Positions 28,698 to 38,712 of a DNA stretch of 64,000 nucleotides are shown here, in pieces. Numbering within the stretch: position 1 is the first letter of the stretch; each line of letters starts with the position of its first letter. Under the pieces are notes generated by a model that saw nothing but the letters and a program-made list of their open reading frames with translations, was not told the DNA's origin and made no database searches. The position numbers were made by a program, and so were the translations under genes. This DNA is from a virus, in the IMG/VR virus record IMGVR_UViG_3300048574_000462, positions 1-64,000 of that record. The stretch is one strand, 5' to 3'.

Positions 28698-31697
28698 ATG
28701 CCGCGCATGATTTGTGCTTACCTCCCGGACTGCACCGACTTCTCCGGGAACGGCCTTGGCCCGGTCAATCCCTCGTCCTGTGCCGTAACGGAAACGCTAA
28801 ACGGGGAATGGGAGCTGGAGCTTACGCATCCGCTGGACGAGCAGGGCAAGTGGCACCGGTTGGTGGAGGGCAATATCCTCCGTGCGCCTGTGCCAGCCGC
28901 CATGACGCCACAGGTCAAGCTGTACGGCACGGGCAAGATGATCTACAAGGTTTCCACCAGCCGTGATCCGCTGCGGCTTCGATCCGGGACCGGGACAAAA
29001 TACAAAATCCTCGGCAGGTACAAAAAAGGTACCGAAGTCATCGTCCTGAGCACCGCCAATTCCTCGTGGTACGAGGTGTCCTGCCCGGATGGCAAACGTG
29101 GATACATGGCCTCGTCATATCTGACCTACGTGCGCACCGAGGCCACGCCGGGGCAGGCGGCAAAGGCGGTCATCGAATCCCGACAGCTACGGGACCAGCC
29201 GTTCCGCATCTACCGCGTGGTGCCGGAACTGACGAAGATCACGGTCTACGCCCGGCATGTGTTCTACGATTTGCTCGACAACATGATAAAGAGCTACAAG
29301 CCCGCCGTATCCACGGCGGGCTCCGTCGTGGCTCAAAACATATATTCAAAATGCCTGACCGAGCACGACTTCACCTTCTATTCCGATCTCACCTCCACCG
29401 CCGACGAGGTGGAATTTGAGAACGTCAACCCCGTGGACGCGATCCTGGGTGAAGGCGGCCTCGCGGAGAAGTACGGTGCGGAATTGGCGCGGGACTGGTA
29501 CGACGTTTTTCTGGTCCAACGGGTCGGCACTGATACTGATGTGCAAATCCGCGAAGGCAAGAACCTGCTGGGAATCTCCTACGACGTGGACATCACCGAT
29601 GTGGTCACGCGGATCATGCCCACCGGTGAAACCAAGGACGGCGAGGTCCTCTACCTGGACGAGCTGTTCAGGGACAGCCCGCACATCGGCGACTATCCGC
29701 ATCCGAAGTGGATTCATCTGGCGGTATCGGAGGCCAAGGTTTCCAAGGACCTGACCACGGCCCAAGCCAAGACAAAAATGCGGGCGGCCGTTCAGGCCGA
29801 GTACGACAAGGGATGCGACCTGCCGGCCGTGACGCTCAAGGTTGACTTCATCAACTGCGCGGAAACGGAGGAATATCGTCAGTACAAGGCGCTCCAGAAC
29901 ATCTTCCTGGGCGACGCCGTCCGGGTCATCGCACGGCGCATCGGCGTCGCGGTATCCATGCGGCTGACGCAGTACACCTACGACTGCCTGACGCGCAAGT
30001 ATACCGCCATGACCCTGGGCACCGTGGCGGATACGGTTGAGGGGAACATCATTTCCTCCCGCCAGTTGGCGTCCGGAAGCATTCCCGGCGCAAAGCTGAC
30101 GCTGAACAGCGTCGGCGCCGGCCAGCTTCAAAACGGCTCGGTGGGCAGCCTGCACATCGGGCTGGCGGCAATTCAGTCGGCGCACATCCAGGACGCCGCC
30201 ATCATCAACGCGCTCATTGAGGACGCGGCAATCACCAGGGCGAAGATCGCCCAGGCGACCATCGGCGAGCTGAACGCCGATGCTATCACGGCGGTTTCCG
30301 CCCGGATTCAGGAGCTTGTGGCCGGCGGCGTCACGACGGACGAGTTGTACGCCGCGCTGGCGACCATCGCCCTCGCACAGATCACCACCGCCAATATCGA
30401 GAACGCACACATCTCCTGGGCTGAGATCGGCACCCTGGCTGCCGAGATGGCGAATATCGCCGTGGCGCAGATCACCACCGTGAACATCAATCAAGCATCC
30501 ATCGATTGGGCGAACATCGTCAGCCTGAATACGGCCGTGGCGAACATCGCTCTGGCGCAGATCACCTCCGCAAATCTGGAGAGCGCACACATCGAATGGG
30601 CAAACATCGCGGACCTGAACGCCGCCGTCGCCCACATCGCCGTGGCGCAGCTCACCACCGCGCACCTGCACGAGGCGGAGATTGATTGGGCAGGCATCAC
30701 GGAGCTGAACGCCGCCATCGCGGACATCACCAGCGCCAGCATTGAAACCGCCGACATCAGTTGGGCGAACATCAAGGACCTGACCACCGGGACGGCGATC
30801 ATCGAGCGTGGTATCAACGGAAAGCTGTATGTCGCCGATCTCGCCGTCACCGAGGGCAATATCGCCTCCCTCACCGTTGGCGAGCTGATCGTGAAGGGTG
30901 CGGACGGCAGCTTTTACGCCGTTTCGGTCGATGAGGCCGGCGTTGTCACGACCACCAAAAAGGAAGTGACGGGCAGCGACATCGCCGACGCCAGCCTGCC
31001 GGGCGGGAAGCTGCTGGAGGATGCCATCACCGCGCGCGAGTTGAACGTGCAGAGCATTTTCGCGGACGAAGCGCTCATTCGCGCCATCAAAGCCGCTAAC
31101 CTTGACGTGGATGATCTGTTTACGCATACGGCCTTCATCGCCAGGCTCCAGGCGGTGGACATCACCGGCAACGAAGTATTGCGCCTGTACGTGGAGGGTG
31201 AGGTGTCCGCCGCGAAGGATGAGGCGCTGGATGCCGTGGGTGAAGCGGTGGCGCAGATCACCCTGACCGCCGACGCCATCCGCAGCGAGGTCCAGCGGGA
31301 TTACGCCACGACCGACGAAATGACGCAGGTGAACGAAACGTTGTCTACGCTGGCCGAGCAGACGGAGAACAATTTCACCTGGGCGGTCAGCAAGGTGACG
31401 GAAATCGAACAGGACATGGCGGAGGGGCAGGAAGCCACCGACGAGCAGATTGCGCTCATCAAAACCTATATGACCTTTGGGGATGACGGCCTGATCATCG
31501 GCAAGAGCGGCAACCCCATCACCATCCGGGTGGTCAATGACCGGGTGGCCTTCTATATGAACAACACCCAGGTCGCCTACCTGTCCAATAACAAGCTCTA
31601 TGTGACCCAGGCGGAAATCCTCACGCGGCTGCAGATCGGCAAATTCGCGTATGAACCGCAGGCAAACGGCAATCTGTCCGTCATCTACACCGGATAA
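28698..31697 (+). CDS. Tail tip/spike (Tal-like) protein with SH3b insert and 30-aa repeats
   Basis: E.LNGEWELEL..P, QPFRIY, GKNL.G, LGD.V; SH3b-like LRLRSG.GT.YKI...WYEV...GKRGYM.S.YL. Confidence 0.85.
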   Translation: MPRMICAYLPDCTDFSGNGLGPVNPSSCAVTETLNGEWELELTHPLDEQGKWHRLVEGNILRAPVPAAMTPQVKLYGTGKMIYKVSTSRDPLRLRSGTGTKYKILGRYKKGTEVIVLSTANSSWYEVSCPDGKRGYMASSYLTYVRTEATPGQAAKAVIESRQLRDQPFRIYRVVPELTKITVYARHVFYDLLDNMIKSYKPAVSTAGSVVAQNIYSKCLTEHDFTFYSDLTSTADEVEFENVNPVDAILGEGGLAEKYGAELARDWYDVFLVQRVGTDTDVQIREGKNLLGISYDVDITDVVTRIMPTGETKDGEVLYLDELFRDSPHIGDYPHPKWIHLAVSEAKVSKDLTTAQAKTKMRAAVQAEYDKGCDLPAVTLKVDFINCAETEEYRQYKALQNIFLGDAVRVIARRIGVAVSMRLTQYTYDCLTRKYTAMTLGTVADTVEGNIISSRQLASGSIPGAKLTLNSVGAGQLQNGSVGSLHIGLAAIQSAHIQDAAIINALIEDAAITRAKIAQATIGELNADAITAVSARIQELVAGGVTTDELYAALATIALAQITTANIENAHISWAEIGTLAAEMANIAVAQITTVNINQASIDWANIVSLNTAVANIALAQITSANLESAHIEWANIADLNAAVAHIAVAQLTTAHLHEAEIDWAGITELNAAIADITSASIETADISWANIKDLTTGTAIIERGINGKLYVADLAVTEGNIASLTVGELIVKGADGSFYAVSVDEAGVVTTTKKEVTGSDIADASLPGGKLLEDAITARELNVQSIFADEALIRAIKAANLDVDDLFTHTAFIARLQAVDITGNEVLRLYVEGEVSAAKDEALDAVGEAVAQITLTADAIRSEVQRDYATTDEMTQVNETLSTLAEQTENNFTWAVSKVTEIEQDMAEGQEATDEQIALIKTYMTFGDDGLIIGKSGNPITIRVVNDRVAFYMNNTQVAYLSNNKLYVTQAEILTRLQIGKFAYEPQANGNLSVIYTG
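30364..30785 (+). repeat. ~90-bp (30-aa) coding tandem repeat, about 4.5 units
   Basis: IA(L/V)AQITTANI..A.I.WA.I..L.A..A. repeated. Confidence 0.8.
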
Positions 31698-31703
31698 GGG
31701 GGC

Positions 31704-33737
31704 GTGACCATGGCAACGACCTTGAGCTTTTCCGCGTCCATGCGCACGCGGAAGACGAACTCGGCGAGCAACTACAAAAGCTCCGCCGCGTCCCAGGAGT
31801 TCTATACAAACGACTATAATTTTGTGGGCATCGTCCACTTCTCGGGCCTCTCGCTTTTGAACAAGGTGATCACCGGGATCTCGCTGCGCGTGACCTCTGC
31901 TGAGGCCGGGTTTGGCGCGGGCACCACCAAGACGGTGTACGTGCGGAAATCCAAGTATCAGGCGGCGTCACAGTCGGGCGTGACGGGCGGCGGCTACTAC
32001 GGCGACGCGCTGGGCACATTCGACGGCAGTTTCTACGGCAACACCACCAGCTATAACCTGACCGGCTCGCTGTTTGACAACCTCGCTGCCTACTTCCAGG
32101 CGGGGAACAACACCATCTGCTTGTTCAATCCCTCCCCGCAGTCGAGCAGTCAGGGCTACGCCCGAAACTACCTGCAATGGACGGCGGCGACGCTCACCGT
32201 CACCTATGAGGAAGGGATCAGCCAGCCCAGCACGTCGGCAACGACGGTCGATATGGGTACCGCCGTGACGATCAACACCAACCGTCAGAGCGGTTCCGCC
32301 ACCCATACGATTCTGTACGCTTTCGGCGGCGCCTCCGGCACCATCGCCACGGATATTGGTGATTCGGTGGCATGGACGCCGCCCATAACGCTGGCCGCGC
32401 AGATTCCCTCCGCCGTCTCGGGCCTGTGCACGATCACCTGTCAGACCTACTATTCCGGCGTGCTCACCGGCACCAAGACCTGCACGATCACGCTGAACGT
32501 TCCCGGCTCGGTCGTACCGGTCATATCCGGCTTGAACTATTCCGAGGCTGTGGCGGGCATCGCGGCGCAGTTCGCCGGCTACGTGCAGAACAAGAGCAAG
32601 CTCGCGGTTTCCATCACCGCCGCTGGGGCGCAAGGCAGTTCCATCACGGCGTACCGCGCCACGCTGGGCGGCAGCACCTATACGACTGCCTCGTTTACCA
32701 CCAACCTTCTGTCCGTCGCAGGGGACAATACGCTTTCGGTGACGGTGACGGATTCCCGTGGACGAACAGCCACCACTACCCGGACGATTACGGTGCTGAC
32801 GTACTCCCCACCGTCGTTGTCGCTGTTCAAGGCTGAGCGCTGCAACACGGCCGGAACAGCGCCACAGACAGACGGCACCAGGGTGCGGATTTCCGCGACC
32901 GCCAGCGCATCCTCAGTCAACGCCAAGAACACCATGAGCTGCATTGTGTACTATAAGCTGTCCGCCGCCTCCACATGGGCGCAGGCCACGACGATCACCC
33001 CCAGCAATTACGCGATTGCCTCGGTGAACCTGCTCTTATCGCAGACCTTTGACGCCTTGTCCAGCTTCGACCTGATGATCCGCATCACGGATTTCTTCCA
33101 CGCCGTGGAGCAGGCCGTGAGCATCGGCACCAAGCAGGTCATGATGGATTTCTACCGGAACGGCACCGGTATTGCTTTCGGCAAGGTAGCCGAGACTGCG
33201 GGCGCCGTGGAATTCGGCTGGCCATTGATTCTGGAAGCGCCGCTGGGCGTTCCCCAGGGCGGCACGGGCGCGGCAGGCGGACCGGCAGCGTGCGACAATC
33301 TCGGCGCGGTGAAAAAAGCGGGCGACACCATGACGGGCAACCTCTCCATTCAAAGCTCGCTGTACCCGTCCGTCTACCTGCTGCCCACCTACAACGGCAC
33401 GACCAACCGCACCGTGTTCGAAGGCAGTTATGTTGGCGCAAGCTCATTTGCCGCATGGGAGGACAGCACGGGAAACAATCGGCGGATGCTTGAGGTACGG
33501 ACGGCCGCCTACGCGCCCAGCATGGACAACGCCGTCCTCCTGCGCACGGCGGTTGGCGGCACGTTCTATGCTTTTCGTCTGTTCCATGCAGGTATGGCAA
33601 CGCCCGTCCCGGTGGGAAACGGCGGCACCGGCGCATCCGCCCCGAAGGCGGCGCTCAACAACCTGGGCATTTTCTATGCCGCTACGTTGCCGGCGAGCGG
33701 CACGGACGGCCAGATATGCCTCGTTCCGGTAGGATAA
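31704..33737 (+). CDS. Minor tail / receptor-binding protein (DUF859-like)
   Basis: Thr/Ser/Gly-rich beta protein; YVQNKSK, VTDSRGRT, G.G.AFGK.AE, V..GGTGA repeats. Confidence 0.8.
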   Translation: MTMATTLSFSASMRTRKTNSASNYKSSAASQEFYTNDYNFVGIVHFSGLSLLNKVITGISLRVTSAEAGFGAGTTKTVYVRKSKYQAASQSGVTGGGYYGDALGTFDGSFYGNTTSYNLTGSLFDNLAAYFQAGNNTICLFNPSPQSSSQGYARNYLQWTAATLTVTYEEGISQPSTSATTVDMGTAVTINTNRQSGSATHTILYAFGGASGTIATDIGDSVAWTPPITLAAQIPSAVSGLCTITCQTYYSGVLTGTKTCTITLNVPGSVVPVISGLNYSEAVAGIAAQFAGYVQNKSKLAVSITAAGAQGSSITAYRATLGGSTYTTASFTTNLLSVAGDNTLSVTVTDSRGRTATTTRTITVLTYSPPSLSLFKAERCNTAGTAPQTDGTRVRISATASASSVNAKNTMSCIVYYKLSAASTWAQATTITPSNYAIASVNLLLSQTFDALSSFDLMIRITDFFHAVEQAVSIGTKQVMMDFYRNGTGIAFGKVAETAGAVEFGWPLILEAPLGVPQGGTGAAGGPAACDNLGAVKKAGDTMTGNLSIQSSLYPSVYLLPTYNGTTNRTVFEGSYVGASSFAAWEDSTGNNRRMLEVRTAAYAPSMDNAVLLRTAVGGTFYAFRLFHAGMATPVPVGNGGTGASAPKAALNNLGIFYAATLPASGTDGQICLVPVG

Positions 33738-33749
33738 GGGGAAGGCTAC

Positions 33750-34409
33750 ATGAGCACTTTTACCGCCACCGCCAGCAGTGCCTCTACCATTGGTTACGCG
33801 CAGTATGGCAGCACAACCTGGAATACCGGCACCTCAAACGGCGCGAGCCAGGGTGCGTATCAGGCTACTACATCGTCAGGTTCCCGCGTTGGCGTTATGG
33901 TGTTCTCCGGTGCAGGCGCGGCATTGAACGGCAAGATCATCACTCAAATCACTCTCAGAATCACATGCTCCGCCGCTGGCTCATCCGCCAGCAATAAGGT
34001 GCTGTCCTTCCGTAAGGCCAACTATCAAACCCTGCAAACGGGCATTTCGGGTTCCGCTCAGGTGGGTACGGTGCTGGGCACGCTGACAGGCACCTTCTAC
34101 GACAATACCGTCACCCATACGCTGAACGCCACCACCAACGCCGCTCTGTTTGAGGCGATCCGGGCTTACCTCATCGCCGGCAACAGCGCATTGGTGCTCT
34201 ACAATGGCGAGACATCCACCGCCTCGGGCTACTCCACCAACTACGCCCGCGTGACCACATGCATCATCACAGTGACGTATGTGGACGCGACGGTCTGGTA
34301 CTTTAGCGGTACCGCCTGGACGCAATGCGCCGTGTGGTATTGCCTCAACGGGACATGGGTCCAATGCGTGCCCTGGTACAACTCAGGGGGCACATGGATT
34401 CGCGTCTGA
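33750..34409 (+). CDS. Minor tail protein paralogous to the N-terminus of the upstream fibre
   Basis: Shared L..K.IT.I.LR.T...AG and LGT..G.FY.NT...L motifs; C-terminal WY..GTW repeats. Confidence 0.7.
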   Translation: MSTFTATASSASTIGYAQYGSTTWNTGTSNGASQGAYQATTSSGSRVGVMVFSGAGAALNGKIITQITLRITCSAAGSSASNKVLSFRKANYQTLQTGISGSAQVGTVLGTLTGTFYDNTVTHTLNATTNAALFEAIRAYLIAGNSALVLYNGETSTASGYSTNYARVTTCIITVTYVDATVWYFSGTAWTQCAVWYCLNGTWVQCVPWYNSGGTWIRV

Positions 34410-34480
34410 TGTTCCAATTTCAAGCCGTCCGATGCCGGACGGCTTTTCATATACACAGAAATTCATGGGAGGGATTCATC

Positions 34481-34945
34481 ATGAAAGAAACCTTGGGAAC
34501 CGGCCTGACCGCCATTGGCGCGGGTATCGTGACCACGCTGTTGGGCGGCTGGGACCGGGCGCTGGAGATTCTGCTGATCGTCATCGTCCTGGACTACTTG
34601 ACCGGCGTGGCGTCGGCGTTCAAAAGCAAGACAGTCAGCTCCAGCGAGGGTTTTATGGGACTGGTCAAGAAGGCGAGCATTTTCCTCATCGTCATTCTGG
34701 CAGCGCAGATCGACCGGATCACCGGCAACACAGCGGCTATCTTTCGAACCTGCACGGCCTTCTTCTTCATCGCCAACGACGCCTTATCCATTCTGGAGAA
34801 TGTCGGCGAAATGGGCGTGAAGCTGCCCGCGTTCCTCAAGAACGCGCTGATCAAGCTGCGTGACGAGAACGACTTGCCGCCCGAACTTGGTGGCGGCAGT
34901 GATACCGAAAACAAGAACAAGACCGACCAGGGCGACGGCAAGTAA
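34481..34945 (+). CDS. Phage holin (family 4 / TcdE-like)
   Basis: GGWD..L..L.....LDY.TG, S..GF.GL.KK, N..LSILEN...GV.LP. Confidence 0.92.
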   Translation: MKETLGTGLTAIGAGIVTTLLGGWDRALEILLIVIVLDYLTGVASAFKSKTVSSSEGFMGLVKKASIFLIVILAAQIDRITGNTAAIFRTCTAFFFIANDALSILENVGEMGVKLPAFLKNALIKLRDENDLPPELGGGSDTENKNKTDQGDGK

Positions 34946-34976
34946 GCCGCCGCCCATTTTATAAGGAGGGAAACCC

Positions 34977-35831
34977 ATGGCTACGGAAACCAATCGCGCC
35001 TTGATCCCGCTCACAGGTGAGCACTTCGCCGCATGGTGCCTCAAGATGGTCGGCCAGCCCTATTGGTACGGGACCTGCGTGTACAAATGCACGGAGAGCC
35101 TCCGTTCCCGCAAGGCCGGGCAATATCCGTCCCACTACGGTTCGTCCCGCACCAGCCGATACCGGCAGGACATCGCCGCGAAGAAGGTGTGCGCCGACTG
35201 CATCGGCGGAGCAAAAGGGTATGCCTGGACCAATGGTGGTGTGGGCGTGCTGGAGAGCATCGGCACCGACAAGACGTTTACCAGCAAGACCGGCGCCAAC
35301 GGCTGTCCGGACCGCAGCGCCAACGGCATGTTCACCTACGCCAAGTCAAAGGGTATGGAGTGGGGAAAGATCGGGACGCTGCCGGAGATCGTCGGCCTCG
35401 CGCTCTGGAAGGATGGGCATGTGGGCTACTACGTCGGCAACGGCTACGCGGTCGAGTGGAAGGGCTACGCCTACGGCTGCGTCAAGACCAAGGTTGCGGG
35501 CCGGGGCTGGCAGAACTGGTACAAGCTCCCCTTCATCAAGTACGGGGAAGTGACGGTGCCAGAGAAGCCGGAAACGCCGGGCAATGGCGATGCGCCCAAG
35601 TACGACTTTGGGACGCGCCTGCTGCGTTACCGCAAGGGCCATACGATGCTCAAGGGCGACGATGTGCTGTCGGTCCAGGCGCGTCTGATCGAACTCGGCT
35701 TCGACCCCGGCAAGGCGGACGGTGCATATGGCCCGAAATCCACCGCTGCCGTGACCGCGTTCCAAGCCGCTCGTAAGATTGAGGCGGACGGCATTGTCGG
35801 CCCGATCACCCGCGCGGAGCTTGGGAGATAG
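34977..35831 (+). CDS. Endolysin: NlpC/P60-like Cys-His peptidase plus peptidoglycan-binding domain
   Basis: PYWYG, ADCIG, GHVGYYVG; C-terminal G.DV..VQ..L..LGF.PG..DG.YG..T..AV..FQ. Confidence 0.85.
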   Translation: MATETNRALIPLTGEHFAAWCLKMVGQPYWYGTCVYKCTESLRSRKAGQYPSHYGSSRTSRYRQDIAAKKVCADCIGGAKGYAWTNGGVGVLESIGTDKTFTSKTGANGCPDRSANGMFTYAKSKGMEWGKIGTLPEIVGLALWKDGHVGYYVGNGYAVEWKGYAYGCVKTKVAGRGWQNWYKLPFIKYGEVTVPEKPETPGNGDAPKYDFGTRLLRYRKGHTMLKGDDVLSVQARLIELGFDPGKADGAYGPKSTAAVTAFQAARKIEADGIVGPITRAELGR

Positions 35832-35845
35832 AACGCACCTTCATG

Positions 35846-35884
35846 AAAAAGCTCGGCGTTTAAAGTAAAATCGCCGAGCTTTTT
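35846..35884. terminator. Bidirectional intrinsic terminator after lysis module
   Basis: AAAAAGCTCGGCG...CGCCGAGCTTTTT. Confidence 0.8.
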
Positions 35885-35981
35885 CTGCATCAGACAGAAA
35901 GCGAAAAGCCTTGTCTTTTAGGGCGATAAAGCGGAAACTGGCTCTGGATAATGCGAAATTTCTAAGGGGAGGAACCATTTC

Positions 35982-36407
35982 ATGAAACAGGCTCTTGTTT
36001 ACGCAAGGTGTGCCGGCCCTTCCGACAATGCAATCCACCTCCAGCAGAGCGCGTGCCAAACCTTCGCGGAACAAAACGGATTCTCCGTTTCGGACGTCAT
36101 CGTCGAAAGCGGCGTGGCAGGCCGCGTCAACGGCCAGCGAGACGGCCTTAATCTGTTGCTCAGAATGGCAAGCGCGCACCGATTTGATGCTTTGGTCCTG
36201 AGTTCCATCAACCGCATTTCTCGCAACCTCCATGAAGCCTTCGCCTTTCTGGATGCGGTCGCCGAGTGTGGCGTCGAGATATGGAGCGTACAAGAAGGCA
36301 ATTATACCGAGTGGCGCACCGGCTATGTGGCGCAGATACAGAAAATCTTCGCGGATTTCCTGCGGGAAGGCGCGGAAGATGCGAAGATGCAAGCGATAGG
36401 AGAGTAA
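35982..36407 (+). CDS. Small resolvase-fold protein (catalytic domain only, divergent)
   Basis: LVYARCA (no YARVS serine), QQ..C..FA, E.GV.G....R.GL, SINRISRN. Confidence 0.7.
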   Translation: MKQALVYARCAGPSDNAIHLQQSACQTFAEQNGFSVSDVIVESGVAGRVNGQRDGLNLLLRMASAHRFDALVLSSINRISRNLHEAFAFLDAVAECGVEIWSVQEGNYTEWRTGYVAQIQKIFADFLREGAEDAKMQAIGE

Positions 36408-36576
36408 CTTGCTCAGGGCACGACCACCGGGCACCAATGGCCGCAGGCATTCAATACGCCTGCGGCGCTTTTTCATAAGCAGCATGATTACACGAATTCA
36501 TTGAAACAAAACTTCACGAAGTCAATGCGCAAAGCACCAACAACATTCCGGCCTTGTGCCGTATTTGGAGGCGCGT

Positions 36577-36972
36577 ATGACTTCCCAAGAAAAAGCCCGT
36601 CTGTTTGAAATGCGACAGGCGGGTATGAGCTTTGCTCAGATTTCCGCCGACCTCGGCTTATCGAAAAATACCCTCAAATCCTTCTTCCGGCGTGCGGACA
36701 CGACCAAAGAAGCTGCGACCACCGCCTGTGCCCGCTGTGGCGATCCCATAGCGATCAAAGGAAAGCGGCGGTTTTGCTCAGACGGCTGCCGTTACGCCTG
36801 GAGCTATTCCCACCGTATCCTAAGCGTTCACAATGCGGTCGAGAAGAAATGTGCGTGCTGCGGTGAACGCTTTTTCAGCTACGCGTCCAGCTACCGCAAA
36901 TACTGCTCCCGGGCCTGCTATCTCGCAGACCGCTATGGCAAGGAGGGTTGTCATGACGGACATGCAGTATAG
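36577..36972 (+). CDS. HTH plus Zn-ribbon protein of recombinase module
   Basis: G.SFAQI...LGLS.NT.KSF.RR; CxxC, RFCS..CR, KYCSR.CY. Confidence 0.8.
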   Translation: MTSQEKARLFEMRQAGMSFAQISADLGLSKNTLKSFFRRADTTKEAATTACARCGDPIAIKGKRRFCSDGCRYAWSYSHRILSVHNAVEKKCACCGERFFSYASSYRKYCSRACYLADRYGKEGCHDGHAV

Positions 36973-37162
36973 GCAGAATCAGCGATACCTGGCGGCCATC
37001 TCCGTGGCCAGCGATATGCTTCGTTGCGGCCTCATTGACGAAGCGGATTTCTCGGCACTTGAGACAAAGTTCGCCGCGAAATTTCAGCCTCTCTTTCGCT
37101 ATGAAAAGCCTTGTCTTTCCGCGACCCTTCCTATAAGACAGACAGACGATGGGAGGGGTTGA
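36953..37162 (+). CDS. Small SHOCT-like accessory protein
   Basis: Y.....A..ML..GLI...DF......F..KF.P; precedes large serine recombinase. Confidence 0.7.
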   Translation: MTDMQYRQNQRYLAAISVASDMLRCGLIDEADFSALETKFAAKFQPLFRYEKPCLSATLPIRQTDDGRG

Positions 37163-37164
37163 CA

Positions 37165-38463
37165 ATGGCCCGAATCATACGGAAAATGAACCCGGTACTG
37201 CCGCTGCCGCCACGGATGCTGAATGTCGCGGCCTATGCGCGGGTATCGCTGGACAAGGATTCCATGCTGCACTCGCTGTCCGCGCAGGTAAGCTATTACA
37301 GCGACCGCATTCAGAAGAACCCCGGCTGGCGGTACGCGGGCGTGTATGCGGACAAAGCGCTCACCGGTACCAAGGCCGAGCGCCCGGAATTCCAGCGGCT
37401 GCTGGCCGACTGCCGGGCCGGGAAGATCGACATGGTGATTACCAAGAGCATCAGCCGGTTTGCCCGCAATACGGTGACGCTGCTGGAAACGGTTCGTGAA
37501 TTGAAAGCGCTGGGCGTGGACGTCTACTTTGAAGAACAGAATATCCACTCCATGAGCGGGGATGGCGAGCTGATGCTTACCATCCTCGCTTCCTATGCGC
37601 AGGAAGAAAGCCGCTCGGTATCTGAAAACTGCACATGGCGCATTCGCAAGAAATTCGAGGCGGGCATTCCAACGACCGTGCAGATTCTCGGATACAAAGT
37701 CCATCGGGGTACTTTCACGATCATCCCGGAGGAAGCGGACATCGTCCGAATGATCTTCGTGGACTATCTTGGCGGCATGGGACGTAACGCAATTTACCGG
37801 AAAATCGTTGCGCTGGACATTCCCACAAAGACCGGGCGGAATTGGTGCGAAGCCACCATTGACGAAATCCTCCGAAACGAGAAGTATGTCGGCGACCTGC
37901 TGTTGCAGAAATACTTCCGCGAAGATCATCTGGCCAAGAAAGACCGAAGGAATCGTGGCGAGCTTCCGCAATATTATGTCCGCGATCATCACGAGGCGAT
38001 CATCGCCCGCGCAGACTTCGCCCGCGTTCAGGAAATGCTCAAGGAGCGCGGCGAGTATTTCCACCCTTATGAGTATCAGCCCACGGATTACCAGTTCAAG
38101 GGGAAGCTCGTCTGCGGGAATTGCGGCAAGGCTTACAACCGCAAAACGACGCTGGGCAGGGTTTCATGGCAATGCTCCACATTCTTGCGGCTGGGCAAAG
38201 CATATTGCCACGCCAAGCAGATTCCCGAGGATACGCTGATGGAGATCACGGCTTCGGTACTCGGCCTGCGCGTGTTCGACGCGGCTGCATTCAAAAGCCG
38301 GATTCGGGAAATCCGCGTTCCGGCGTTCAACCATCTCACCTATGTGTTCGATGACGGCACCGAAGAAACGCGCGTGTGGCAGGACAAATCCCGGCGTGAT
38401 AGCTGGGACGATTCTATGCGCCAGCAGGCGGCGGAGCACGCGAGAAGGAGATATGAAAAATGA
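37165..38463 (+). CDS. Large serine recombinase
   Basis: AAYARVS, ITKSISRFARN, AQEESRS.SEN, L.NEKY.GD, CGNCG Zn ribbon. Confidence 0.95.
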   Translation: MARIIRKMNPVLPLPPRMLNVAAYARVSLDKDSMLHSLSAQVSYYSDRIQKNPGWRYAGVYADKALTGTKAERPEFQRLLADCRAGKIDMVITKSISRFARNTVTLLETVRELKALGVDVYFEEQNIHSMSGDGELMLTILASYAQEESRSVSENCTWRIRKKFEAGIPTTVQILGYKVHRGTFTIIPEEADIVRMIFVDYLGGMGRNAIYRKIVALDIPTKTGRNWCEATIDEILRNEKYVGDLLLQKYFREDHLAKKDRRNRGELPQYYVRDHHEAIIARADFARVQEMLKERGEYFHPYEYQPTDYQFKGKLVCGNCGKAYNRKTTLGRVSWQCSTFLRLGKAYCHAKQIPEDTLMEITASVLGLRVFDAAAFKSRIREIRVPAFNHLTYVFDDGTEETRVWQDKSRRDSWDDSMRQQAAEHARRRYEK

Positions 38464-38693
38464 GCGAGGCAAGAGCATACGCGCCCAGGGTGACGATGAC
38501 GCCCGCCACACTGAACCGCTTTACGGCTATGCCGATCAACGGAACGAAGAAGCGCCGCGTGGCGGCCTATGCCCGTGTATCCACCGACAATGAAGAACAA
38601 AAGACCAGCTACGAGGCGCAGGTGGACTACTATACGCAGTACATCCACTCCAAATCCGAGTGGGAATTCGTCAAGGTTTATACCGACGAATAG
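38460..38693 (+). pseudogene. Second large serine recombinase, 5' fragment truncated at YTDE*
   Basis: RVAAYARVSTD.EEQ.TSYEAQVDYY...WEFVKVYTDE then TAG; composition and strand switch immediately after. Confidence 0.88.
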
Positions 38694-38712
38694 ACGTCTT
38701 ATCCGGAACAAA

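Larger units (their letters stand above)
1..38693 (+). mobile_element. Temperate siphovirus prophage (element 1), left end outside window
   Basis: Co-oriented replication, packaging, HK97-type head, tail, lysis and serine recombinase modules in canonical order. Confidence 0.93.

Noticed and set aside
71-35765. Many long minus-strand ORFs (e.g. 3286..5151, 24248..26695, 29346..31838)
   Set aside because: Antisense shadows of GC-rich genes with clear + strand phage motifs; no motifs or RBS of their own
31704-36500. Diversity-generating retroelement acting on tail fibre genes
   Set aside because: No reverse transcriptase and no TR/VR pair differing at adenines was seen
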